A stretch of 64,000 nucleotides of DNA, from the NCBI GenBank assembly GCA_965219415.1, contig CBDCNP010000002.1, positions 1,248,001 through 1,312,000 of the forward strand, given 5' to 3'. This document shows positions 1 to 10,958 of this stretch, one piece after another. The notes beneath the pieces were generated by a model. The model was given only the letters and a program-made list of their open reading frames with translations. It had not been told where the DNA came from and searched no databases. The DNA is from Candidatus Marinacidobacterales bacterium. GTDB taxonomy: Bacteria > Acidobacteriota > Vicinamibacteria > Marinacidobacterales > DATDRI01. The stretch's first letter is position 1. Each line of letters starts with the position of its first letter. The translations under genes were made by a program, and so were the position numbers.

Positions 1-1829
1 CAGATCGTCGAACTCCACGAAATGGATCCACCCCATGGCGCGGCTGGGCACGCGCTCCTTCCAGGAGATGATCTCCCCCGGCACTCGGGGATTGAGCGGA
101 TGAGCTTCGTCGCCCCCAACGACGTAGAACTTCCCCGCCGACTTGCTTCGAAACGGCCACACCGAATGGTTCCACCCGGTGAGCTGAGGCATCCTGGCCA
201 TCTCCACCGGTCGAGCCGGTGAGCCGCCTAGGCCGCCTCCTCCGACATCGATCAAGATTAGGGCATCGGTGTTACCGGCCTGGTAGGTGATGCCGTCTTG
301 AACCCACACGTCATGCACCACGCGGCCCGGCGTCTGGGTCTCGAATCGACCTACCCGTACCGGCTTGGCCGGATCTTCGATGTTGATCGCGTCCCAACGC
401 CGACCGTTGTTCACCGCATAGATGTGATTGTCGTGGATAAAGACGTTGTGCACCCCGCCCGTCAGTTGATCGTCGAACCGAGAGAGGATGGTGACCTTCC
501 GCGGATCGCTGACGTCGAGGATGACCAAGCCGTTCCGCCGATTCGATGCACCTTCCCGGCTGATCACGCAAATCCGGCCGTCCTCCGAAACCTTCACGTC
601 GTTGACGGTGCGCGCGTCGACCTGCACCATATCGATGCGCTGCATGTTGGACGGATCGGTCACGTCATAGAAGTACGCGTGACCGTCGGCGTTCCACGTG
701 CCGTGGACAGCGTAGTCGCGACCATCGACGCCTTCCCAGACCCAGAGGTCCGAGGTCACTTGGTCCCGCACCGGCGCGTGCCCCACCAGCTCGATCGTTC
801 GTTCCACGTTGCGCGGGGTGATCCGCACGCTCTGTTCGGCCATTTGATCCCCGGAGGTCGCGACGACCGTGTACACGCCCGGCTGTTCGGCTACGAAACG
901 ACCGTCAGGGGCCAACTGACCAGGGGCACCGGCGCCGACCGTTCTAGCGCGGCTTGGATCGGGCCAGCTCTGGAGCGCGAAGCGAACGGGTGCGTCCGCG
1001 ATCGTCTGACCGGCAGAATCCCGGGCGGTCGCATCGAAGTGGACCACGTCGCCGGTGCGCGCTTCATCGCGGGAGGCGATCAGTTCGAGCGAATTCACCG
1101 GGCTGGGTTTGATCGTCAATGGTCGATTGACCCGGACGCCGTCGGCGGTATAGAGGCAGTTAGGGTCAACGTGCCCGGTTGGAGCGTGGTGAGGATGCCG
1201 GCGGCTTCTCCGGGGTAGAGCTCGGGTCGTGGTCTTCGGTAGAAGGGGTGCGCATCGGATGAACCTTGGAATTCCGGCCCAAACATCGTCACTCTGGCAA
1301 TCTCCGGGTCACTCACCCGAAGCTCGGCCCGTACGTCCCGCTGCCTCTGCCCCGCGTCCGCTCCGGTCACTCTCACCGGCACTGTCATACCCACATAGAG
1401 ACTCGATGGCAGGTCGGCGAACTCGAGCCGTGCGACCGGAGACGGCAGCACCTTCACCGGGATCCGGATCCGGACGCCCGGATCCCCTTCACGGTACAGA
1501 GCAGAATCCGTTCGGATGCCCGAAGGCGAGAACGCCACGACATCGTTCTCACCCGTTCGATGTCCCTTTACGATGCCGGTGGGCGTCACCGTAATCGAGG
1601 ATGACATCCCGGTGGCGAAAAAAATCACCGCGGCGTCCTCGAGCACGACACCCGCCTGATTCTTCACCACCGCCTCGAGCGTGGCTTTCTCTCCAACCCT
1701 CAACGTGACCGAGGCGGGACGAACCTCTATCGACACTGGCTCGTCAACATCCTGAAGCGAGGCGGCTTCGAGAGCGGCTAGCCCGCCTCCGATCACCATG
1801 AGCAAGGAGCCCATCATCGCTGCTTTCAT
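1..1829 (-). CDS. Ig-like + LVIVD beta-propeller exported protein, paralog 1; frameshift near 1150, runs off the window edge
   Basis: ATG at 1829 (MKAAMMGSLL, signal-like) after GAGGGGAG. After TLTAS another frame continues ADGVRVNRPLTIKP...TSDLWVWEGVDGRDYAVHGTWNADGHAYFYDV...GGVHN...VHDVW, nearly colinear with 1870..3984. Confidence 0.8.
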
Positions 1830-1869
1830 CGGTCTCCCCTCTTCTCTCTGTCTTCTATGTCTTCTTATG

Positions 1870-3984
1870 TCAGGGCGTTTCTGCCTCGGATTCTTCCGGA
1901 GGCACCAACCGCACCGCCCAGAGCCCGCTATAAAGATCGGCGAAGAAAATGTGACCCTTGTGGGGTTGCGGTCCCCAAGCGAAGGGCGCATTGGGAATGA
2001 ACCCTTTGGAGTCGTCGGAGTAAAACTTGGCGATCTCGCGCCCCTGCCGGTACAGGTCGCCCATGAGCTCGCCGGAAATGTCCACCACCCTGAGGCCAGC
2101 TTCGAAGTGAGCCACGAACATCACCTCGTTCTCCCAATCGATCCAGAGGTTGTGCGGCCCCGACTCCGGCACCTGGTAGCGTGCGACCTCCCGCGGATTA
2201 TTTGGATCGTCGAACTCCACAAAATGAAGCCATCCCATGGCGTAGGACGGTACCCGTTCCTTCCAACTAATAGCTACGCCGGGTGCGAGCGGGTTGTCCC
2301 AAAAGGCCTCGTCACCGCCGACCACGTAGAATTTCCCGGCCGACTTGCTCTGGAACGGCCACACCGCATGGTTCCAGCCGGTCAACTGCGTCATCCGTCC
2401 CATCTCCACCGGACGTGCCGGGGAGCCGCCTTGGCCGCCGCCTCCGACATCCACCATGATGAGACCATCGGTGCGACCGGCCTGATAGGCGACGCCGTCA
2501 CGGACCCACACGTCGTGCACCGAGCGGCCTGGGGTGGCGCTCTCGAATCGGCCCACTCGAACCGGATTCGCGGGATCCTCGATGTTGATCACGTCCCAGC
2601 GCCGCCCGTTGTTCACCGCATAGACGTGTTGGTCGTGAACGAAGATGTTGTGCACGCCTCCCGTGAGTTGATCGTCGAAACGGGAAAGTATTCTGACGTT
2701 TCTCGGATCGCTCACGTCCAGGATCACGATGCCGTTGCGTCGGGTCGAGGCGCCTTCACGACTGATCACACAGATCCGACCGTCCTCCGACACCTTGACG
2801 TCGTTGACCGTCCGCGCGTCGACCTGCACGATGTCGATCTTTTGCATGTCGGAGGGATCGGTTACGTCATAGAAGTACGCGTGGCCGTCGGCGTTCCACG
2901 TGCCGTGCACGGCGTAATCGCGGCCATCGACGCCTTCCCAAACCCAAAGGTCCGAGGTCACCCGATCCCGAACCGGGGCGTGACCCACGAGCTCGATCCT
3001 TCGCCTCACGTTGCGGGGTGTAATCCGAACGCTCCGGCGAGCCATCTCCTTGCCGGACCAGGCGACGACGGTGTAGATACCGGGCTGTTCGGCAACGAAG
3101 CTGCCATCGGGAGCCACCTGGGCGGAAGCGCCCGCCCCGATCGACTCGGCAAGGTTGGGATCGGGCCGAGCCTCGAGCGAAAAGCTAAGGGGAGCGTCGG
3201 TTACGGTCTGTCCCCGAGCGTCTTTCGCGGTGGCGCGAAAGTGAACAACATCGCCGGTGCGCGCTTTGCCGAGGGAAGCAGTCAGCTCGACGGATCGAAT
3301 AGGGTTCTCCTTGATCGTCAACTCGAGGTCCGCCGTTGCAGCCTCGGCGGTCGCAGTCAGTGTGGCCTTACCCGGTTTCAGGCCGGTGACTTCGCCGAAG
3401 CCATCCGTGGCGGCAACCGTTCCATCGTCGACCTCTAGTGTCGGACGAGCGTCCCGGCGTATCGCTCCACTGGTGTCGGTCGCCGTCAGACGGACCGGAA
3501 CGCTCGCGCCGGTGTAGAGAACGGCCGGGACGTTCACGAACTCCAGGCCGGCCAGCGGCGGTAACGGTACCGTCACCACCACCGTGGCTCGGATGCCGGG
3601 ATCGCTTCGACTGTAACTATCGGGATCACCCTCGAACGGTTTCAGTGGAGAGAGGGCAGTGAGCTTGTGCTTTCCCGGGCGGTAGGCCTGGGCGAGTCCG
3701 GACGGGGTGACACCGACGGAGTCCCTCGCGCCGGAGAAGAAAATTACCTGCGCGTCGGGAAGCACCGTGCCACTCGCGTCTTTGACGACCGCCTCCAATT
3801 GCGCCTTGTCGCCCACTTCCAACACCAGCGATGAAGGCTCGATCTCGATCGACCCCGGCCGCCACTCCGGTTCGGAAGATGCCATCTGCGCGGACGACGC
3901 GCTGTCCGTGAGCAAGACTCCGACGACGACTACCGCGGAAAGCACCCCGAGCCGGGATCCTCTCATACCATTCGTGCCTTTCAT
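1870..3984 (-). CDS. Exported Ig-like (Big_2-type) + LVIVD-repeat beta-propeller protein, paralog 2
   Basis: Signal peptide; Ig-like beta-rich repeats (IEIEPSSLVLEVG...); LVIVD-type blades GIVILDVSDP, GLIMVDV, GLRVVDIS. Confidence 0.85.
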   Translation of the reverse strand: MKGTNGMRGSRLGVLSAVVVVGVLLTDSASSAQMASSEPEWRPGSIEIEPSSLVLEVGDKAQLEAVVKDASGTVLPDAQVIFFSGARDSVGVTPSGLAQAYRPGKHKLTALSPLKPFEGDPDSYSRSDPGIRATVVVTVPLPPLAGLEFVNVPAVLYTGASVPVRLTATDTSGAIRRDARPTLEVDDGTVAATDGFGEVTGLKPGKATLTATAEAATADLELTIKENPIRSVELTASLGKARTGDVVHFRATAKDARGQTVTDAPLSFSLEARPDPNLAESIGAGASAQVAPDGSFVAEQPGIYTVVAWSGKEMARRSVRITPRNVRRRIELVGHAPVRDRVTSDLWVWEGVDGRDYAVHGTWNADGHAYFYDVTDPSDMQKIDIVQVDARTVNDVKVSEDGRICVISREGASTRRNGIVILDVSDPRNVRILSRFDDQLTGGVHNIFVHDQHVYAVNNGRRWDVINIEDPANPVRVGRFESATPGRSVHDVWVRDGVAYQAGRTDGLIMVDVGGGGQGGSPARPVEMGRMTQLTGWNHAVWPFQSKSAGKFYVVGGDEAFWDNPLAPGVAISWKERVPSYAMGWLHFVEFDDPNNPREVARYQVPESGPHNLWIDWENEVMFVAHFEAGLRVVDISGELMGDLYRQGREIAKFYSDDSKGFIPNAPFAWGPQPHKGHIFFADLYSGLWAVRLVPPEESEAETP

Positions 3985-4052
3985 GTTCTGTTCCTCCGGT
4001 TTCGTGGATCTAGCAGCCTCAATGGAAGCGTGTCAAACGCTCTCGACCTGCC

Positions 4053-6503
4053 TCATCGAGCGAGCTCTTCGAGCCTCTCCCGGGTGGCCGCGAATCTCTC
4101 CCTGATTCTGGGGATGGGCGCGTCGCCATAATTTTCGATCAGCCTGGCGTCGGCTACGTCCATCCACCGCAGCAGGTCGCTCGCTGCACGGCGGGCGGCA
4201 TCGGCGTTGCGGCTGCCGACTTGACCGAACCAGATCGGTGCGCTGTGGGCATACGGCATCCCGTCCATGACCGGCCAGGCGGTCGGTCCTCCGTAGGCGC
4301 GCGCCGCGATCCATCCGCCGGCGGGCGCTTTCACTCGACCGCCGAGACTCTTCTCGCCAGCGGCCGTAAAGCCGGGTCCCTCCCACACGACTTCGCCGTT
4401 CACCAGAACCTCGATCTTCTCGACCGGCGCCGGAGACCACACCTTCAGCGCCCAATCGACCTCGCCACCGGGTTGCACGACGCCTCCCGGTTCACGACCG
4501 CCCACCTCGAACTGCATCAACGGGCCGTTTGTCACAAATGTTCTGCCCGCCCTGAGCGCGGCCATGTAGCTACTTAGATTCAGAGGCCCGTCGACCCGTG
4601 CATAGACCCGGGCCGAGCCCACGCTCATGCTGCGGTACCAGTCGAGGAGAGCGTCGCTCCCTCCAGTGGGAACGATGTTCAACCCTAGGTTCAGCAGGCG
4701 GTGCCATGCTGCGCTCGTGCCGAGTGAATCGCTCCACAGGCACACGATCTCGAGCCCGTCCAGATCGCCGAGGACAGCATCCGGCACGAGTTCCATGGGT
4801 ATCCCGGTAGGACTGGCATCTTTCGGAAACGGATCAGCGGTGGAAACCGGGTGCACGTAAAAGCTGAAGCCACCTTGTTGGTGGGCATGGTCATGTGCGT
4901 CCGCCTTGAGGATATCCGCGTTTCGATAAACCGGATACCTGGGCCCCCAATAGTTCGGCCAGAAACGGGACGCGATGCCGATGAACGCGGTGTGTCCGAA
5001 GAAATGCGGGCGGACCTCCTGACCGAATACGATCAAGGGAGTACCGGCGCCGAGCCTACTCCAACCCCACCAGTCGAGATCCTTGATGCGCACGTCGAGG
5101 CTCGCTGCCACCGGCGTCGCCACGTCGACGTCCTCCGCCTGAAGGGGGATCACGAAATCTTCGGGAACCAACTTGTAGGTCCCATCCCAATCCAGATGGA
5201 TATGATGATCGCCCGAGTACCAGCCCGCGGACGACGGATCCCACATGGGCGTAAGCTCGAGCTCCACCGCTGTCGTCTCGCCGGCGCCGACGGTGCAGGT
5301 TGCCGATACCGGCGGCGCAGTAAAGCCGTGCGTCGCGGTGACCCGCACCTCCCCGGTGGGAACGTCGACGGTGGTGACACCTGACGAATACGTGTAAACC
5401 ACGCCGTTTTGGAGATCGAATCGCGCTTGACCCTGCTCCGGAAGCACCGGATGCCCATCTCGATCGAAGATCGCAAGGCGTGCGGGAACGGGGCCCGCCT
5501 CGCCTGCCATTCGTGTCGTGATGGTAAGCCGGCCTAGCTCTTCTCCCCAGTTCCACACCATCGGTGACACGTCGCGAACCTCTCCGCCCGCCGCCGCTAC
5601 CTGGTACACTTGGAAGCGCTGTCGCTCATCGGCCTCGACGAAATAGATATCGGCCCCGTCCGCACTCCAAGAGGGCGTTAGAGCCAGATAGGTCTCCGGG
5701 GCCAAGTGGATCTTCGACCCACCCTCTAGGTCTCTCAGCCAAAGATTCCAGCTATCGGCACCGGGCAAGTTCACGACAAGATTCCGTCCATCCGGGCTCA
5801 CCGCGGGTCGGGTCTGGGATGCGATGCCCGCCTCCTCCAGAACCTGGGTGCTGCCATCCCGCGTGTCCAGAAGACAGACCGCGTCCTGGGCGCCGCGTTG
5901 TTTTCTCAAGTAGACGAGCCGGAGATCGTCCGGAAGTGGCGACGGCTTCAGTTCCAGCCCCTTCTCGGTCGTCAAACGGGTCTTCGCGCCCGTCGCCAGC
6001 TCGAGGCGCCACAGATCGAGATCACCCGCTTCGGCGGAGCTGTACAAAAGAGAGCTCCCATCCCGAGAGAATGTGGGATCGAGGTCGAGCCCAGCCGTGT
6101 CGACGAGGACCGTCTCTGTGCCGTTGCGCAAATCCAACCCAACGATGGAAGTGTCACTTCCGTCGTCCCTCACGAACGCCAGGTGCCCACCGTCCGGGGA
6201 CCAGGCCGGTCTCGAGTCCATTCCCTGGCTCTTCGTCACGCGGCGGGCCTCCCGCGACGAAAGGTCGAGGAGCCAAAGCCATCCTCGCGCCGCAATGGCC
6301 AGAGTCTTACCGTCCGGCGACGGCGCCGGATCGCTCGGTCCGGCGCCCATCACCGGAAGCTCGTAACCTTCCAGATACAGGTGGCCTCGGTAACCCGCGA
6401 CCTTCGGATAGCGATTCGTCCACTGTGCGAACGTGGACGTCACCGATCCGGCGAGGGCGAACATCAGGCAACACGCGACACGGCACTTCACGGCTCGCAT
6501 CAT
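4053..6503 (-). CDS. TolB/PD40 propeller + CehA/McbA-like PHP-fold metallohydrolase, exported
   Basis: Signal peptide; repeated PxWSPDG motifs; metal motifs SGDHHIH, GQE, GH, HP, GGSD. Confidence 0.8.
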   Translation of the reverse strand: MMRAVKCRVACCLMFALAGSVTSTFAQWTNRYPKVAGYRGHLYLEGYELPVMGAGPSDPAPSPDGKTLAIAARGWLWLLDLSSREARRVTKSQGMDSRPAWSPDGGHLAFVRDDGSDTSIVGLDLRNGTETVLVDTAGLDLDPTFSRDGSSLLYSSAEAGDLDLWRLELATGAKTRLTTEKGLELKPSPLPDDLRLVYLRKQRGAQDAVCLLDTRDGSTQVLEEAGIASQTRPAVSPDGRNLVVNLPGADSWNLWLRDLEGGSKIHLAPETYLALTPSWSADGADIYFVEADERQRFQVYQVAAAGGEVRDVSPMVWNWGEELGRLTITTRMAGEAGPVPARLAIFDRDGHPVLPEQGQARFDLQNGVVYTYSSGVTTVDVPTGEVRVTATHGFTAPPVSATCTVGAGETTAVELELTPMWDPSSAGWYSGDHHIHLDWDGTYKLVPEDFVIPLQAEDVDVATPVAASLDVRIKDLDWWGWSRLGAGTPLIVFGQEVRPHFFGHTAFIGIASRFWPNYWGPRYPVYRNADILKADAHDHAHQQGGFSFYVHPVSTADPFPKDASPTGIPMELVPDAVLGDLDGLEIVCLWSDSLGTSAAWHRLLNLGLNIVPTGGSDALLDWYRSMSVGSARVYARVDGPLNLSSYMAALRAGRTFVTNGPLMQFEVGGREPGGVVQPGGEVDWALKVWSPAPVEKIEVLVNGEVVWEGPGFTAAGEKSLGGRVKAPAGGWIAARAYGGPTAWPVMDGMPYAHSAPIWFGQVGSRNADAARRAASDLLRWMDVADARLIENYGDAPIPRIRERFAATRERLEELAR

Positions 6504-7060
6504 TTCGTACCCGCTCCTTTCACGGAGACGTTATCCAGGCCGGTGTAGCCTTTGCCCGTCAGACCCAAGAAAATGATCAAGGTGTTGGATGACGTGGCAG
6601 TAAACTTGAACGAGAAACTCTCCCAGATGTCCAGCTCGGTCAGATTCGTCGAGGTGAAGATGGCAGATTCAACACCCGCAATGACGGTAATGGAGACTGG
6701 CACTTTCCATTGAGTTGAACTGCCCAGATCGAACGTTATCTCGTAGACTTCACCAACCGTCGTCTGAATGGACTGAGAAACACCGCCCAGCTCTTTTGCC
6801 CTGTATTCGGTGAAGTCCACGAACCGGTTGCCGTCGCTCGCCGAGAGCTTCCATGGATTATCCAGATCTATCCAGGTCAGATCATTGATGACAATCCAGC
6901 CGGTAAGGTCCGTTGCTCCCGCATGCAGGAGCATATCTCCATTCTTATTGGGCACCAGTTCTCCACTCTCAAAGCTGCCGTTCTTAATCAGGTTCCCATG
7001 CGCGCTGGAGGTCAAGACACCGAGAACGAACAGCATTACCAGACTTGAGATTCTCTTCAT
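6500..7060 (-). CDS. Secreted DUF642 / choice-of-anchor-C-like jelly-roll protein
   Basis: Signal peptide; NLIKNGSFE...W...ASDG...GGVSQ...LDNVSV pattern; stop overlaps the next start (ATGATG). Confidence 0.7.
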   Translation of the reverse strand: MKRISSLVMLFVLGVLTSSAHGNLIKNGSFESGELVPNKNGDMLLHAGATDLTGWIVINDLTWIDLDNPWKLSASDGNRFVDFTEYRAKELGGVSQSIQTTVGEVYEITFDLGSSTQWKVPVSITVIAGVESAIFTSTNLTELDIWESFSFKFTATSSNTLIIFLGLTGKGYTGLDNVSVKGAGTK

Positions 7061-7070
7061 CGTGATTCTC

Positions 7071-10055
7071 CTAAGAGAGTTTACTCAGGGCTTCCTCGAC
7101 TCGCTTCCGGTCCATGTCGCCATCTTTCCAAAAGTCCACGAAGCGCCGGTAGTACTCGCGGGCCTTGTCCAACTCGCCACGGTTCTCGTGGATCTTGCCG
7201 AGGAAGTAGAAGCTCTGCACGTAGGGGATGGGCCAGAAGATATGCTCGGTGGTGCTTTCGGTGATGCGATAGAACCCCTCGGCCGCCTTCTCCTCCTCCC
7301 CAGCCGCGAGATAGGCCGTGGCCAGGGAAAACCAGACCGGAACATGTTGATGCTGAGGCCGGACCAAAGGGAATGGCGGCAATGGCCCCCGAGCGGGGAG
7401 CATCGACTGAGCCTGTTCGAGCTCCTTGATGGCAAACCTCGCGTCGCCACGGCCGAGGGCCAGTTCGCCGGCAAGGTGGTGGGAGCGCCTTTTCTCCTTC
7501 TCGGTGGGAAGCGATTCTGTTTTCCGCCGCAGTGCCTCGGCGGTGGTCTCGGCACCTTCCCGGTGTCCGAGCCGCGCCTGAGCGAGAGCAGCGAGGAAGA
7601 GGCCCTCCCACTCGGGGAAGTCCCCCTCACCCTCGCGCTGCGCCTGTTGCGCTCGTTCGAGGGCTCGAGCCGCCTGGCCTTTCTCGAGAAGAACACGAGC
7701 GGCATCATTGTCGGCTTGCGCCTTCCTCGTTCCTATTTCGGCGTAGGCACGCGCCCTCTCGAGGAAGGTGAGCCCCTCTCGGGATCGACCCTGGTAAAGC
7801 CGTGTCACCGCAAGGAAGCGCGAGCCCTGGTTGTTCCAGTCTGGCAACTCTTCCAGGCTTTGAGCCGCCGCCTGGGCCCGCTTCCACTCCTCGCGTAGGA
7901 TAAACACCCTCCACATTCCCGCGAGGGCCCAAGGTTCACCCGGGCTTAGCGACTGCGCCTTCTCGAAGGCCGCGAGTGCCTCATCGAGCTTTCCCCAGCC
8001 GGTGAAATGGGCACCGAGGTTGACATGGCCTAGCGAGGTATCCGGGTTGCGCGCGGTGTAATCCTGAAGTGCCTCATATCCCCTGTCAAACTGAGCTCGC
8101 TGGGCAGAGTAGGCGAGTGCCAGTAGCGCAGGCGTGAGCACGAAGGAATACCTGCGCCGACTCAGCTCCTCCAAGTGAATAATGGCCTCGTCAAAGCGCT
8201 CGAGACTGTAATAGCCCAAAGCCAAGTTGAATCGCGCCACGCCGTCGTCTGGGTCAAGCCCCAGCACTTTCTCGTAGGCCTGGATGGAGCGGCCCTTCGT
8301 CCCCTCCTTCCGCCCGTAGTACGCGCCCTCGATGTAATAGCGCTCGCGTGCGGTGAGCCGATCCGCCTGCTCGAGCGCTCGCCTGCGGTACTCGTCGCGT
8401 TCCTTCCGGTTGGCATGGACCTCGGAGAGCCGCAGGAGAGCCATGGCAAAGCCAGGATCCACCTCTAGGGCCTTCTCATAAGGAAGTACGGCCCCCTTAA
8501 ACTTGCCGAGCAGGTGGTATCTTCGCCCCTCCTCATAGTAGCGGTAGGCCTCGACCGAGGATGTGACCAGGTCCTTGATGTCGCGGTCCAACTCGTCCCT
8601 TGCTCCGGCGGAGATCTCGAAGTTCGCCCTGATGCGTCGGGTCAGATCGTCCACCATCGGGAAGATGCTCGACTCCCCAACCCCCTCGACTCTTTCGGTG
8701 GTCAGGATGTCACCGCTACTCGCCTCTTGAAGTCGGACACTAATGCGGATCGTATCGCCCGCCTTGACGAAGCTCCCCAGAACCACGGTGTCCACGCCGC
8801 CACGCTCGGCGACCTCTTGAACCACTTCCAGTGACGTGACCCGCTCGTCCAGTCGTCGCATTTCTTTCAGGATCTGGTAGAGCGTCTCGGTGCCCAGAAC
8901 CTTGACCTGCGGCGACTGCGAGAGGTCGGTGACCAGCATGTCGGTGAGCGCGGTGCGTAGCCAGTCGAGCTCCGGCTCCCCGGTATTGTTCTCGAAATAG
9001 AGCACGGCGAGCGAAGGCTTCGACGGCGTTCCGGAAGGTACGTCCTCGGTGCTCGGCCGCCAGAAAAACAAGATAGCGGCAACCAAAAAGATGACCGCCG
9101 CAACGCCCCCTAGGATGGCCCAGGGCCGGCGGCCTTCCTTGCTCTCCACCACCGGAGCGTGCACCCCCGAGAGGGCGGAGACTGTGCCCGACTCGAGGCG
9201 GCGACGCGCGGTGCGCATATCCACCACCGCGTCTTTCATCGTCTGATAACGCTCACCGGGCTCTTTGGCCAGGCACTTGTCGAGGACACGGCGGATCTCG
9301 CTGCCCGCTTCTTCGGGAACTTCACCTCCGAGCGTGGCGAGGGGTGGTGCCGGCTCCTTCATGATCGCGTGAAGCGTGTCCATCTCCGTGGCACCTTGAA
9401 AAGGAGGCTTCCCGCTTAGCATCTCGTAGAGGACGATGCCGTAGCTGAAGACGTCGCTCCGGTGATCCACCTTGATGCCTCGTGCTTGCTCGGGCGACAT
9501 ATAGGTCACCGTCCCCATGATCTTTCCGGGATCGGTCTCCCTCCGTGTGACGGTCTTCACCTCGCTCGGCCCACCGGTGAGGGGTTCCACCAGCTTCGCC
9601 AAACCGAAGTCGATGATCTTGGCGTGGCCGTCCTCGGTGAGCATGATGTTGCCGGGCTTCAGATCCCGGTGCACGATGCCTTTGTCGTGCGCCAGGGCGA
9701 GTCCTTCCGCCACTTCGATTCCGAGATCCAGTGCGCGCGAAACGGAAAGCCTTTCCTTTTGGATCACGTCGCCCAGCTTGTCGCCACGAATGAGCTCCAT
9801 GGCGATGAAAGTCACGCCTTCGGTTTCGCCGATCTCGTAGATCACGCCGATATGAGGATGCTCGAGTGCCGCGGCCGCTTTCGCTTCTTGCACGAAACGA
9901 CGCTTTCGTTCTTCGTCTTCCACCAGCTCTGGCGGGAGAACCTTGAGGGCCGCTTCGCGGTCGAGCTTGACGTCTACCGCACGGTAGACGACGCCCATTC
10001 CGCCGCGGCTAAGCTCGTCGAGGATCTTGTAATGGGAGAACGTGCGCCCGATCAT
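7071..10055 (-). CDS. Membrane Hanks-type Ser/Thr kinase with TolB-N/FlgO-like domain and TPR repeats
   Basis: GGMGVVY, ALK, HRDLKPGN, DFGLAK, YMSPEQ; TM helix WAILGGVAAVIFLVAAILFFW; LAVLYFEN domain; C-terminal TPRs. Start MIGRTFSHY at 10055 preferred. Confidence 0.93.
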   Translation of the reverse strand: MIGRTFSHYKILDELSRGGMGVVYRAVDVKLDREAALKVLPPELVEDEERKRRFVQEAKAAAALEHPHIGVIYEIGETEGVTFIAMELIRGDKLGDVIQKERLSVSRALDLGIEVAEGLALAHDKGIVHRDLKPGNIMLTEDGHAKIIDFGLAKLVEPLTGGPSEVKTVTRRETDPGKIMGTVTYMSPEQARGIKVDHRSDVFSYGIVLYEMLSGKPPFQGATEMDTLHAIMKEPAPPLATLGGEVPEEAGSEIRRVLDKCLAKEPGERYQTMKDAVVDMRTARRRLESGTVSALSGVHAPVVESKEGRRPWAILGGVAAVIFLVAAILFFWRPSTEDVPSGTPSKPSLAVLYFENNTGEPELDWLRTALTDMLVTDLSQSPQVKVLGTETLYQILKEMRRLDERVTSLEVVQEVAERGGVDTVVLGSFVKAGDTIRISVRLQEASSGDILTTERVEGVGESSIFPMVDDLTRRIRANFEISAGARDELDRDIKDLVTSSVEAYRYYEEGRRYHLLGKFKGAVLPYEKALEVDPGFAMALLRLSEVHANRKERDEYRRRALEQADRLTARERYYIEGAYYGRKEGTKGRSIQAYEKVLGLDPDDGVARFNLALGYYSLERFDEAIIHLEELSRRRYSFVLTPALLALAYSAQRAQFDRGYEALQDYTARNPDTSLGHVNLGAHFTGWGKLDEALAAFEKAQSLSPGEPWALAGMWRVFILREEWKRAQAAAQSLEELPDWNNQGSRFLAVTRLYQGRSREGLTFLERARAYAEIGTRKAQADNDAARVLLEKGQAARALERAQQAQREGEGDFPEWEGLFLAALAQARLGHREGAETTAEALRRKTESLPTEKEKRRSHHLAGELALGRGDARFAIKELEQAQSMLPARGPLPPFPLVRPQHQHVPVWFSLATAYLAAGEEEKAAEGFYRITESTTEHIFWPIPYVQSFYFLGKIHENRGELDKAREYYRRFVDFWKDGDMDRKRVEEALSKLS

Positions 10056-10286
10056 AGGAAAATCCAATCATAGGAAATCTGACCGTGGCCGCGTGGGCAA
10101 GAACCACTGAGTTCATGTTGGCGAGAGTGCTTCGGCCTCTCGGTACGTCCGGAAAATAGCACATTCGGCGGGGAAAAGGTATGTGTTGCCAAGCGAGAAC
10201 CGTGACGCCACTCCGACGGTTTCTCAAGCGGCGGGTCAGGCCACTCCAGCGGGTCGATGCTCTCTAGAATGTGCTCATTAGTCGCA

Positions 10287-10958
10287 TCAGGCTGCCAGCA
10301 GCTCCCAGTCGTGTTTGACCTGCCACGCAGTAGCGAACGATCCATAGGTTTGACGCGCTAGCTCAGAGGGCGACTGCGTCGGGTCTAGTTCGAGTGCGGC
10401 CCACATGTCTGCCCGGTAGCTCGGACCCATCAGCACGCGGTAACGATACGTCCGATGGCGCTTTGCGAGCTCGGCCGCCGAGAGCACATCGCTCACGCGA
10501 TCACGAAGGACTCCTGCAGGGGCTCGTAGCGGTCCACCAACGAATCGCTCGTCCTCGCCTCTGCGGCGTATCTGAAAAGCCGTCCCCGTCCTGAGAAGAT
10601 CCATGCGCGGACCATCGTACAGCTCGGCAAGACGCACCAGGCGCCGACCGCGGTGCAGCCAACGCGCTACCGCAGCCCAGAAGCACCGTACTCGCGAGCT
10701 TGTCTGAGTGCGAACCGCCCGGATGAGACGATCCGCGTTGATCCATGGATGGTGAATTCCCAGCCACGTGACGAGAACGGCAAGCACCCGTAGATCATCT
10801 CGCTCCATCCCTTCAACCGAGGCAGCTAACAGCGTGTCTTCGATGTTCGGCTCGGCGGTCGCGTCGGCAGCGAAATTCATGCCAACGCCCACCATTGCAG
10901 CTGTGAGCTCTTCGCCGCGGAGAGGCTCGGAGGACACCTCGACACGTTTATACGCCAC
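10287..10958 (-). CDS. Hypothetical protein with C-terminal HTH-like motif; putative antitoxin/regulator partner of the upstream nucleotidyltransferase
   Basis: Overlaps the end of the upstream gene; C-terminal SPSELARQTYGSFATAWQV is helix-turn-helix-like. Confidence 0.6.
   Translation of the reverse strand: MAYKRVEVSSEPLRGEELTAAMVGVGMNFAADATAEPNIEDTLLAASVEGMERDDLRVLAVLVTWLGIHHPWINADRLIRAVRTQTSSRVRCFWAAVARWLHRGRRLVRLAELYDGPRMDLLRTGTAFQIRRRGEDERFVGGPLRAPAGVLRDRVSDVLSAAELAKRHRTYRYRVLMGPSYRADMWAALELDPTQSPSELARQTYGSFATAWQVKHDWELLAA

Noticed and set aside
298-3438. Long plus-strand ORFs 298..1218 and 1798..3438 that resemble each other
   Set aside because: Antisense shadows of the paralogous LVIVD genes; their similarity follows from the sense-strand paralogy
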